Source: Nitrososphaerales archaeon (GTDB taxonomy: Archaea; Thermoproteota; Nitrososphaeria; Nitrososphaerales; CADDZS01). Taken from it: DNA of 32,000 nucleotides. Under the pieces are notes generated by a model that saw only the letters and a program-made list of their open reading frames with translations, was not told the origin of the DNA and searched no databases. The translations under genes were made by a program, and so were the position numbers. Positions 23,744 through 31,528 of this stretch are shown here, one piece after another. The DNA lies in contig JASHOD010000038.1 in the NCBI GenBank assembly GCA_030041295.1, forward strand, positions 2,973 through 34,972. Direction: 5' to 3'. Numbering within the stretch: position 1 is the first letter of the stretch; every line of letters begins with the position of its first letter.

Positions 23744-24715
23744 TCACCTGCTCACCTGGCGATTAACAAGATAGAAGAAAATATCGTCTAGGGTGACTGG
23801 GTTGATAGCAAATCTGTAGTTTAGCCGAGATAGGTCGCGCGAGATTCGAAAGGCCTCATCCTCTACAGTTAGAATTCTGTATCCATCTTTTCCTTGAACA
23901 ATTTCGCCGTTCCCAACTTTGAGACTAGGAGGCAACGCAGGTGACAAAGGAATCTTCAAGCTATAGTTGTAGTTGACACTACTTCGCAGCTGGTCCAGTG
24001 TTCCCAAACCGACGAGTTTTCCCCTGTCCAACACTCCGATTTCGTTTGCGAGCTCTTCGGCTTCCTCAAGGTAATGCGTTGTTAGAAATGTAAAGCGCTC
24101 CTTCCCAATCGCTCTAAGAAAATCCCAGAATTCTCTTCTCGATATTGGATCTAAACCTGTTGTTGGTTCATCGAGAAATATGATCTCGGCTTCAGACGCT
24201 AAGACCGTCGCGACAAGTACTTTCCTCCTGTTCCCCCCGGATAGCGTTCTGTTAAGGTGCTTCGCGGAATCCCCTAGGCCCAGTCTATCGAGAGTCTCAA
24301 ACGCCCTTTTCTTCGCGTAAGAATAATCAAACCCTCTCCAGAGGAGATAGGAGTAGACCGTTTGGAGCGGCGTCATCCATGGAACCGTTCGAGATTCCTG
24401 GGGAACGATTGCGATTTTTCGTCGAATTGAATCGGCATCGCGCATCACATCCATTCCGTTGATAGTAGCATTCCCTGCGGTAAGTTCGAGCTCAGTTGAA
24501 AGAATTCTAACTAGCGTAGTCTTGCCGGAGCCGTTTCGCCCAATTAAAACAAAAATTCCCTTTGTCGGGACTGAAAAGGTGAGAGAGTCTAACGCCCTCC
24601 GGTTTTTCGAATTCGGATAGATCTTGACTAGGTTGTTCACCGAAAGCTGTCTGTTTTCATCTTCTTCTATTTCGGTGGTGAGCATGATCGGATCATTATT
24701 GAAAAAATCGGGCAA
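23744..24715 (-). CDS. ABC transporter ATP-binding protein
   Basis: 323 aa. Walker A 'GRNGSGKTT', signature 'LSGGNRRKV', Walker B 'IIFLDEPTTGLD'. Confidence 0.9.
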   Translation of the reverse strand: MPDFFNNDPIMLTTEIEEDENRQLSVNNLVKIYPNSKNRRALDSLTFSVPTKGIFVLIGRNGSGKTTLVRILSTELELTAGNATINGMDVMRDADSIRRKIAIVPQESRTVPWMTPLQTVYSYLLWRGFDYSYAKKRAFETLDRLGLGDSAKHLNRTLSGGNRRKVLVATVLASEAEIIFLDEPTTGLDPISRREFWDFLRAIGKERFTFLTTHYLEEAEELANEIGVLDRGKLVGLGTLDQLRSSVNYNYSLKIPLSPALPPSLKVGNGEIVQGKDGYRILTVEDEAFRISRDLSRLNYRFAINPVTLDDIFFYLVNRQVSR

Positions 24716-24762
24716 CCGTTCAATTGTTGCAAGCTGAATGAAATACTTTCTTCTTTCAGCTT

Positions 24763-25092
24763 CTATCTCTTGTTCTCTACAAGAATGTCCCCATAAGCTC
24801 TTGCAAAGTATTCTAGGGCTTTCCCTAAAGTAACCCTGCCTTCCTTCGTTAGCGAATATACGGTCATCCGCCCGTGTGATTTCACGGTCACGAATTTTCT
24901 TTCGGCGAGTTCTCTCAAAGCTGGATAGATGGTCCCGGGATTTGGTTTCTCCCCTTTCCTCCTTCCGATTTCCTCAGCGATTTCTTGGCCGTACATTTCA
25001 TGCTTTGAGAGAAGAAAGAGAATCATGAAGGATAGCATGCCGCGCATATCGCAGCCTGAGCCCTGCGCGCTAACTCTTTGCTTCAGAGTCAT
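24763..25092 (-). CDS. PadR family transcriptional regulator
   Basis: 109 aa. 'MLSFMILFLLSKHEMYGQEIAEEI...GTIYPALRELAERKFV' is a typical PadR winged helix. The start may instead be the internal 'MRGML' Met, because the long form overlaps the upstream MFS gene by 23 nt. Confidence 0.85.
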   Translation of the reverse strand: MTLKQRVSAQGSGCDMRGMLSFMILFLLSKHEMYGQEIAEEIGRRKGEKPNPGTIYPALRELAERKFVTVKSHGRMTVYSLTKEGRVTLGKALEYFARAYGDILVENKR

Positions 25093-26623
25093 TTTGGCCC
25101 CCGATCGCTTTTGGAATTTCCTCGTTGTTATCGGCGTTAGTTGTCTCCACTGAAAATTCGCTTTTCGCTTTCTTACCCATTACTTCCTGGCCCAGAAGCG
25201 ATAGGACCAACCCGACTACGAAGGAGGCTGCCGCGACATAGTATGTATATTGAAATGCCGCTGTAGTCGGAGGATGGAGAACTTGTCCTTTGAAAACCAG
25301 AGTAAGCGTGAAAGTGGACAAGATGGACGCAGCTATAGGTGCTCCCAGGCTCTGCCCTACGTTACGAAATACAGTGTTGGTCGCCGTTACAAGGCCCATC
25401 TCCCGCGGTTTCACAGAAAGGACAAGCAGATTCTGCATAGATACCATCATCATCGCGAGGCCGACGGATGCGATGGCGAGGTACCCTGCTATCTCAAGAG
25501 CTGAATGCGTTTCTGCGAGTAAAAGAAAACCGATAGCTCCAATTATACTGCCAACAATTAGGAACGGCTTGACTCCAATTCGCGAGATAAGAATTCCGAG
25601 CGGATAAGCGAGGGCGAGCATCACGATTGCCAGTGGAAGCAAATATAGCCCTGTCGTAAAAATGTCAAAACCATAACCAACTGGCTTTGAATCTTCCAGC
25701 TGAAAAACTATGGATTGAAACGCCAATAGCATTCCCATTCCGGAGATTAACCCAAGCACGTTCGAAACCAAGACGTTTCTTTGGCGAAGCTGAGCGAAAT
25801 TCAACACGGCTACTTCCTTCAATTTCATTTCGTAAGGTACCAATGGGATGAATAGCATGAGGCCAACGACGATAAGTCCAAGGACTGGCGCAGACGTCCA
25901 GCCCCAGTATGAGCCTTGGGACAACCCTAGCACCACTAGCGCGACTGCAACTCCTAAGAGTCCCGCACCAACATAGTCCATCTTTGCTTCGGGGTTTCTA
26001 AAGGGAGATTCCCTGACTGCGAAGAAAATCAAAACTGTTAGTACAATAATGAATGGCGTTGCGATATGATAGTTGGTCTGCCAACCATAGTTGTTTGCGA
26101 CAAACGCTCCTACTGGAAGTCCGAGTGCCAAACCTGCGCCGAACATGGCGCTCACAAGTCCCTGCGCTCTTGGGACTAACTGACGCGGAAACTGTTCCCT
26201 GACTAGACTGAAGGCAAGAGGGAAGATTCCCAGTCCTACTCCTTGGAAGGTTCTCGAAATTACGAGAACAGTAAAGTTAGGGGCAAACGAGGTGATCGTA
26301 ACCATTATTGAATAAGAGACTAAAACGTACATCAGAACCTGTTTCTTTCCATAGATGTCGCCCAATTTTCCTACTATTGGATTAATGGCTGTTCCAAAAA
26401 CGGTGTATAAGGAAAGAATCAGACTTACCTGTCCGATAGTTACGTTGTACTGTTTTTCAATCGAAGGTAGAGATGGTGTGAGCATTATTTCGATGTACAT
26501 CACTGAGGCAGCAAGAAGGGCGAAGAGTATGAGATTCCGATTGGCGTAAGCCAGATCAAACTGCTGCAGATTTTGTTTTTGGCCCTGAGATGATGCCGCG
26601 GGTTTCATTTGATTTTCTTCCAT
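25070..26623 (-). CDS. MFS drug/H+ antiporter-like transporter (14-TM DHA2 type)
   Basis: 517 aa with ~14 hydrophobic helices. Motif-A-like 'VGKLGDIYGKKQV'. First gene of the MFS-PadR-ABC cluster. Confidence 0.85.
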   Translation of the reverse strand: MEENQMKPAASSQGQKQNLQQFDLAYANRNLILFALLAASVMYIEIMLTPSLPSIEKQYNVTIGQVSLILSLYTVFGTAINPIVGKLGDIYGKKQVLMYVLVSYSIMVTITSFAPNFTVLVISRTFQGVGLGIFPLAFSLVREQFPRQLVPRAQGLVSAMFGAGLALGLPVGAFVANNYGWQTNYHIATPFIIVLTVLIFFAVRESPFRNPEAKMDYVGAGLLGVAVALVVLGLSQGSYWGWTSAPVLGLIVVGLMLFIPLVPYEMKLKEVAVLNFAQLRQRNVLVSNVLGLISGMGMLLAFQSIVFQLEDSKPVGYGFDIFTTGLYLLPLAIVMLALAYPLGILISRIGVKPFLIVGSIIGAIGFLLLAETHSALEIAGYLAIASVGLAMMMVSMQNLLVLSVKPREMGLVTATNTVFRNVGQSLGAPIAASILSTFTLTLVFKGQVLHPPTTAAFQYTYYVAAASFVVGLVLSLLGQEVMGKKAKSEFSVETTNADNNEEIPKAIGGQNDSEAKS

Positions 26624-26786
26624 GATATATCGAATCTCCCATTATGATAAAGTCCTGTACGCTACTTCTCGTAAGAAGTCAGTTTAGTTACAGGAAATGA
26701 ATTATTGGTTATCCAATAAATCTAGTTTTAAATGTTGTCATCTAAGGACAAAAAAAGTTGGTCAAGGATCCCCTTGAGGGATTCGA

Positions 26787-27116
26787 TCACTGTCTTGCGC
26801 GTGAATCTTGCGAGGGAATATGTTCTGCTTCTCCGTCAGAATCCAAACTTTCGAAAAGCCCTTGGTTTATCGTCCACCTGTAAAGTCGAAAGCTCCACAA
26901 GACCAGCTTCTTGTCAAGGATATTGCCCAGCGCGTAAAAAACAAGAATCATTGAAGAACAGAGGAGAAGATTCGCCGTGGCAATATATTGTTCAGATTGA
27001 AAAGCGATGATCAATGCATTGACAGACGCTATTACGATACTCGCAAGCAAAATTCTGAGCACGTACGGGAAGCTGTTCGTTGTGCTCTCGGTCTTTCGTT
27101 GCGCCGTATCACTCAA
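26787..27116 (-). CDS. Small membrane protein (2 TM), unknown function
   Basis: 109 aa with a TTG start. Preceded by a TATA-like box (27161-27168) and a motif copy (27178-27195). Confidence 0.45.
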   Translation of the reverse strand: MSDTAQRKTESTTNSFPYVLRILLASIVIASVNALIIAFQSEQYIATANLLLCSSMILVFYALGNILDKKLVLWSFRLYRWTINQGLFESLDSDGEAEHIPSQDSRARQ

Positions 27117-27177
27117 AGACGCTCGCTTAACCCCTACATGACACTGATACGCGATCCGTTCAATTAAAGCAAGTGTC

Positions 27178-27195
27178 GATTCTCAAAACTGGGAA
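27178..27195. promoter_or_regulatory. Motif copy ATTCTCA-AAAC-TGGGAAT (13/14), flanked by CG...CG
   Basis: TATA-like 'aattaaag' (27161-27168) lies 9 nt toward the 109-aa ORF. Confidence 0.55.
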
Positions 27196-27244
27196 TCGGA
27201 TTCATGTAAAAATTGTGCGGGGGGAGAATTTTTGTTGAAATTTT

Positions 27245-27730
27245 CTATCTGACAGTTACTTTGTGAGTTTTCATTTCGGTTGGATTTTTCTTTGGAACGA
27301 TAACTTCCAAGACACCGTCTTTTACCTGCGCGTCAGCCTTTTCTGGAATAACTTCTTCAGGAAATGCAAGCTCCCGTCTGACCTTCGACCAAGTCCTCTC
27401 TTTGTGAACATAACCCTCATTTTCTTCGTCTATTGTCTTTTCAGCTTCCCCTTCGATTTTTATTCCTCTTGAATTGACAGATATGTTCAGTTTCTCCTTT
27501 GGTATCCCTGGGACTTCCGCGTGAACGCGGTATTCCTTTCCCGTATCAATGAGGTCGGCGAATGCTCGCCTTGTTTCAGGAAATTCGAATGATCTCCACC
27601 ATCTCGGTCCAAGCCACCCTCCTGGAGACAATCCTGGCCAGCCGAATGGGCGATTGAAACTAGGAAGATTTTCTTCATTCCTTCTCACTGCGAGCTCAGT
27701 ATTCCTTTTCGACTTTCTCTTTTGCGGCAA
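27245..27730 (-). CDS. hsp20: Hsp20 / alpha-crystallin family small heat-shock protein
   Basis: 161 aa with a TTG start and an AGGA ribosome-binding site. Alpha-crystallin domain 'YRVHAEVPGIPKEKLNISV...ADAQVKDGVLEVIVPKK'. Confidence 0.9.
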   Translation of the reverse strand: MPQKRKSKRNTELAVRRNEENLPSFNRPFGWPGLSPGGWLGPRWWRSFEFPETRRAFADLIDTGKEYRVHAEVPGIPKEKLNISVNSRGIKIEGEAEKTIDEENEGYVHKERTWSKVRRELAFPEEVIPEKADAQVKDGVLEVIVPKKNPTEMKTHKVTVR

Positions 27731-27791
27731 AATAGATCATCCTTTTACCAATATCTCGAGAGCTCTTCCTACCTAATTTCTTTTTCTCCCA

Positions 27792-27809
27792 ATTCTCAAG
27801 CGTGAGAAT
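27792..27809. promoter_or_regulatory. Perfect palindrome ATTCTCA-AGCG-TGAGAAT between the divergent hsp20 and nfeD-like genes
   Basis: 14/14 match. A/T-rich boxes lie about 10 nt away on both sides ('taatttct' 27774-27781 and 'tttattat' ~27819-27826). Confidence 0.6.
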
Positions 27810-27938
27810 CGACTTTTAGTTTATTATTTTGATTTGCGTAAAAAATAACTGAAGCAAGCAAAAAATTGCGTAGTTTCGGACTGATAATGAAAATAACCGA
27901 ATTAGAACGAGTTAAGACCGAAGGTAGGAAGCCCAAAA

Positions 27939-28235
27939 ATGATTAATCCGTATGTTACAGCTCTGGAAGTTGCCATTGCGATAATCATCGCAATCTTCGC
28001 TTGGTATGCAATCTCCCTTTTTAGAAAAAAGCCAGTTACAGGATCAGAATCTTTGATTGATGCGAAAGGCGTCGTTCATAGCGACGAGCTTGCCCCAGAC
28101 GGCGAGGTTAGCATAAACGGCGTGATATGGAGGGCCCATCTTGTAGATCCGACAGGTGGCCAACTCAAGAAGGGCGACCCGATTATAGTTAGAAAAATCG
28201 AGGAGCTTACTCTCATGGTAGAAAAGAGCCCATGA
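27939..28235 (+). CDS. Short NfeD-like protein (N-terminal TM plus C-terminal OB-fold)
   Basis: 98 aa. A single TM, then 'PDGEVSINGVIWRAHLVDP...KKGDPIIVRKIEELTLMVEK', typical of the NfeD C-terminal domain. No SPFH/stomatin partner gene is adjacent. Confidence 0.7.
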   Translation: MINPYVTALEVAIAIIIAIFAWYAISLFRKKPVTGSESLIDAKGVVHSDELAPDGEVSINGVIWRAHLVDPTGGQLKKGDPIIVRKIEELTLMVEKSP

Positions 28236-28247
28236 GCTCTAAGATCT

Positions 28248-28733
28248 TCATCTTACTACTAACACATTGCAATGGGCGTGGGCAACAACCCCGCTAGAGA
28301 CACTGCCAAGTAGCAGTCTCTTGAACCCTCCGAGGCCTCGCGTTCCAATCACTATAAGATCAACTTTGTTACTTACTGCAGCACCAATTATTTCCTCGAC
28401 TATGGATTTGTCAGCGCGGATAATACTGCTCGTCAATTTGGAGATTCCTTCTTTCCTGGCATGAATTATGGCTTCGTCCACGAAGCGACGTGCAGAATTT
28501 TCTTGCTGTTCATAGTATGTTTCCACTCCTGAAGCAGGCGCTCCGAATGCAGATGTCGTAATGAGGACATTAGGAGTTGAGATCACATTCAGTACCACAA
28601 GTTCCGAGCCGGAAATCTTTGCCAATCCGATTGCAACATCCAAAGCTCTCGAAGCATTGGAAGAACCATCGATAGGAACAAGCATCTTCGAAGGAAAATT
28701 AGAAACAGAATTTGCATTTATTTTCTTGCTCAT
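28248..28733 (-). CDS. Universal stress protein (UspA family); start revised from the track ORF 28248..28853
   Basis: 'KMLVPIDGSSNASRAL' ... 'DLIVIGTRGLGGFKRLLLGSVSSGVVAHAHCNVLVV'. The ATG at 28731-28733 (MSKKINAN...) lies about 12 nt downstream of the TSS predicted from the TATA-like 'acttaaat' (28767-28774). The longer form would contain its own promoter. Confidence 0.8.
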   Translation of the reverse strand: MSKKINANSVSNFPSKMLVPIDGSSNASRALDVAIGLAKISGSELVVLNVISTPNVLITTSAFGAPASGVETYYEQQENSARRFVDEAIIHARKEGISKLTSSIIRADKSIVEEIIGAAVSNKVDLIVIGTRGLGGFKRLLLGSVSSGVVAHAHCNVLVVR

Positions 28734-28784
28734 GGATTGTTCTAAGTTAAAAATTGGTTCGCTCTTACTTAAATCAGTTGCATG

Positions 28785-28802
28785 TTTCTCAGAAATAAGA
28801 AC
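28785..28802. promoter_or_regulatory. Degenerate motif copy TTTCTCA-GAAA-TAAGAAC (11/14) upstream of usp
   Basis: Same geometry as the strong copies: the TATA-like box at 28767-28774 lies exactly 10 nt toward the gene. Confidence 0.3.
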
Positions 28803-28896
28803 AATAATCTTCAACACAAAGTAATCTTGTTCAGAAAGCGAGGAACTTAGCATGAAACGTCAATATAGCAATAATTGAGGATAGGGATAATCGAGA

Positions 28897-30294
28897 TTGA
28901 GTAATAGCAAGAACAGAGACTCATTGGACTTCTTCTTCAACCCAGCGAGCGTTGCGATCATTGGGGCATCAAAGACCCCGGGAAAAATAGGTCACGAACT
29001 ACTCAGGAATTTGACCCAATCTGGATTTGGCGGGAAGATATTTCCGGTAAATCCCAAAGCCGGTAAGATTCTAGGGTACATTTGTTACAAGAGTATCGTC
29101 GATGTCCCTTCTCCCGTGGATCTCGGTATAGTAGTTGTACCGGCAGATTTGGTAGAAGGCGTAACTCGCGATTGTGTTACAAAGCAAGTGAAAGGAATCA
29201 TAATAATTACATCAGGGTTCTCCGAAGTCGGTAACAAAGAACTCGAGGAAAGAATTGTAGAAATAGCAAGAGGCAAGCTTCGAATAGTCGGACCCAACAC
29301 ATTTGGAATTTACTACGCTGGTACTAAAATGAACGCCACGTTCGGCCCGACAAAGGTTCTCGAGGGGCACACGGCATTCATCACCCAGTCAGGAGCTCTC
29401 GGTCTTGCCCTAATGGACTGGACCACCGAAGAGAAATACGGTGTATCTGCAATCGTCAGCATCGGGAACAAGTCAGATGTCGACGACGCAGACTTGATAG
29501 AGTATTTCTCTAGTGACTCTCTGACAAGATCGATTTTGATATATATGGAGGGGCTGAAAGGCGGAAGAAAATTCTACGAAATTTCGAAAAGCGCAACCAG
29601 AAAGAAACCAATCGTAGTCATAAAGGCTGGACGGTCCAAGAGGGGTGCCCAAGCTGCTTCCTCGCATACAGGCTCTATCGCAGGACAAGATACGGTCTTC
29701 TCGGCAGCTTTTGAACAAGCTGGAATAATGCGAGCCGAGGGCATGACTCAGGCATTTGATTGGATACAAGCGATTAACGAGAATCCCGTACCAAAAGGAG
29801 AGAATTTGGCGATAGTTACAAACGGTGGAGGAGTTGGAGTGCTTGCGACAGATAAATGCGAAGCCCTGGGCTTGAAACTAACGGACATTTCTACAAATTT
29901 GGCAGATGATCTGAAACAGATCATGCCCAGTTTCGGATCTGTAAAAAATCCGATCGATATTACTGCAAATGCAGATGACGTTCTATACGCAAAAGTTCTT
30001 GATGTCTTATTTCGAAGTGAGGACGTTGATTCGATTATAGCGTTATTCTGCCAGACAGCGAACATTGATCCCGTGCTATTTGCCCAAGCTATCATTTCCT
30101 TGCGTAACAAAGAGAATTTCAAAAAGCCATTGACATGCGCATTTATAGGCGGTCATTTATCTCAGATTGCTTATTCGACAATGCTAGAAGGACAATTTGC
30201 CGCCTATCCTACGGCAGAGCGCGCGGTCGATTCGATGTACGCTCTAACAACAAGATATAGACAATTGAGTCGGTGGAAAGCGGAAGAGGTTTGA
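28897..30294 (+). CDS. acdA: ADP-forming acetyl-CoA synthetase, alpha subunit
   Basis: 465 aa with a TTG start. 'FFNPASVAIIGASKTPGKIG' (CoA-binding Rossmann fold) and the phosphohistidine loop 'ASSHTGSIAG'. Confidence 0.9.
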   Translation: MSNSKNRDSLDFFFNPASVAIIGASKTPGKIGHELLRNLTQSGFGGKIFPVNPKAGKILGYICYKSIVDVPSPVDLGIVVVPADLVEGVTRDCVTKQVKGIIIITSGFSEVGNKELEERIVEIARGKLRIVGPNTFGIYYAGTKMNATFGPTKVLEGHTAFITQSGALGLALMDWTTEEKYGVSAIVSIGNKSDVDDADLIEYFSSDSLTRSILIYMEGLKGGRKFYEISKSATRKKPIVVIKAGRSKRGAQAASSHTGSIAGQDTVFSAAFEQAGIMRAEGMTQAFDWIQAINENPVPKGENLAIVTNGGGVGVLATDKCEALGLKLTDISTNLADDLKQIMPSFGSVKNPIDITANADDVLYAKVLDVLFRSEDVDSIIALFCQTANIDPVLFAQAIISLRNKENFKKPLTCAFIGGHLSQIAYSTMLEGQFAAYPTAERAVDSMYALTTRYRQLSRWKAEEV

Positions 30295-30300
30295 AGGACG

Positions 30301-31047
30301 ATGAGGAAAGAGAGCGAACAATCTAAGACAAGCAAGTTGATAGCCGACGCTTTTGGCTCGGGAAGAAAATCTCTCCTAGAGCATGAAGCCGAATTGGTTG
30401 CGAGAGAATATGGAATAAAGGAGCCAGCGTCTAAGCTGGCTACAAATGAAGAACAAGCTCTCTCTTTTGCAAAGCGAGTTGGCTATCCCCTAGTCATGAA
30501 AATTGTCTCGCAGGATATTTTACACAAGTCTGACGTGGGCGGTGTCAAGACCGACATATCATCTCAAAAATTAGTAAGGCCTACTTTCAAAGAGATTTTG
30601 AGAAATGCAAAGAAATCGAATCCTAAAGCGAGAATAGGTGGCATTCTGATTCAAAGACAGGCGGAGAAAAGTTACGAATTTGTAGTAGGAGCTACACGCG
30701 ATCCACAATTTGGACCAACGATAATGTTTGGTCTAGGCGGCATTTACGTTGAACTCTTCAAGGATGTGGCCTTCCGATTGGCGCCAGTTAGCCGGGAAGA
30801 AGCCCTTGACATGATAAAAGAGACAAGATCATACAAACTCTTAACTGGATTTAGAGGGTCTAAACCACTTGATACAAATGCAGTAGTTGACACGATAAGA
30901 GCGGTGGGTGAGTTGATGGTCCGTGAACCGCACGTAGAATCCTTGGACATCAATCCGTTGTTTGTGTATCCGAAAGGTGCTTTGGCAGTTGATGTAAGAA
31001 TAATTTTGGAACAGAAAGTTCCGCTTTTGCAACCAGCTAAAGCCTGA
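30301..31047 (+). CDS. acdB: ADP-forming acetyl-CoA synthetase, beta subunit (ATP-grasp)
   Basis: 248 aa. 'LLEHEAELVAREYGI' and 'YPLVMKIVSQDILHKSDVGGV'. Starts 6 nt after acdA. Confidence 0.9.
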   Translation: MRKESEQSKTSKLIADAFGSGRKSLLEHEAELVAREYGIKEPASKLATNEEQALSFAKRVGYPLVMKIVSQDILHKSDVGGVKTDISSQKLVRPTFKEILRNAKKSNPKARIGGILIQRQAEKSYEFVVGATRDPQFGPTIMFGLGGIYVELFKDVAFRLAPVSREEALDMIKETRSYKLLTGFRGSKPLDTNAVVDTIRAVGELMVREPHVESLDINPLFVYPKGALAVDVRIILEQKVPLLQPAKA

Positions 31048-31068
31048 GAAGTTGTGAAAAGTAATTTT

Positions 31069-31446
31069 TCATGATTGGGACGAAATTGAGAGCGCGAACA
31101 TCTTACTCGGGGCTGCTCTGAGTTCCTCCGGATTGGTTCGCCTAGGCACGGAAGCGCTGAGAATAATTCCAATAATCAAAATAATTGCGCCTATTACTAC
31201 GATTTTCACGTCGTTTGCCATGACTAGATTATAATTTGGGCAAAGACTAGAAGGATTTGGCTCGCACCTAGTCATGGCGTAAGACGATACAAAATAAGAG
31301 AGCGTCCCGAAACCTCCGATAACGGCTCCAGAACCGATGAGCAGGAACACTACAAATAGCTTCATTGCATTATCCAGGGCAACCACCTTCTTAGACAAAC
31401 ATTTGTTGCCTTCATTAACTAATTTGATGGGCGAGATATTTAACAT
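31069..31446 (-). CDS. Small membrane protein (2 TM), unknown function; the true start may be the internal Met at 31365
   Basis: 125-aa ORF. A strong TATA-like 'atatttaa' (31435-31442) lies inside the 5' end of the long form. 'MKLFVVFLLIGSGAV...' looks like a natural N-terminus. Confidence 0.4.
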   Translation of the reverse strand: MLNISPIKLVNEGNKCLSKKVVALDNAMKLFVVFLLIGSGAVIGGFGTLSYFVSSYAMTRCEPNPSSLCPNYNLVMANDVKIVVIGAIILIIGIILSASVPRRTNPEELRAAPSKMFALSISSQS

Positions 31447-31455
31447 CGAGATACG

Positions 31456-31473
31456 ATTATCAATTGTGATATT
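31456..31473. promoter_or_regulatory. Degenerate motif copy ATTATCA-ATTG-TGATATT (11/14) between the 125-aa ORF and adh
   Basis: The palindromic character is retained. A/T-rich boxes lie on both sides (31435-31442 and ~31483-31490). Confidence 0.3.
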
Positions 31474-31528
31474 GAGGTTCAGTCATAATGTCTGCTCTTT
31501 CTAACAGATTCGGAGGTCCGAAAATGTA

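Noticed and set aside
28734-28853. N-terminal 40-codon extension of the USP ORF (long form 28248..28853)
   Set aside because: The extension is A/T-rich and low-complexity. It contains the TATA-like box (28767-28774) and the degenerate motif copy (28785-28802) that fit a start at 28733.
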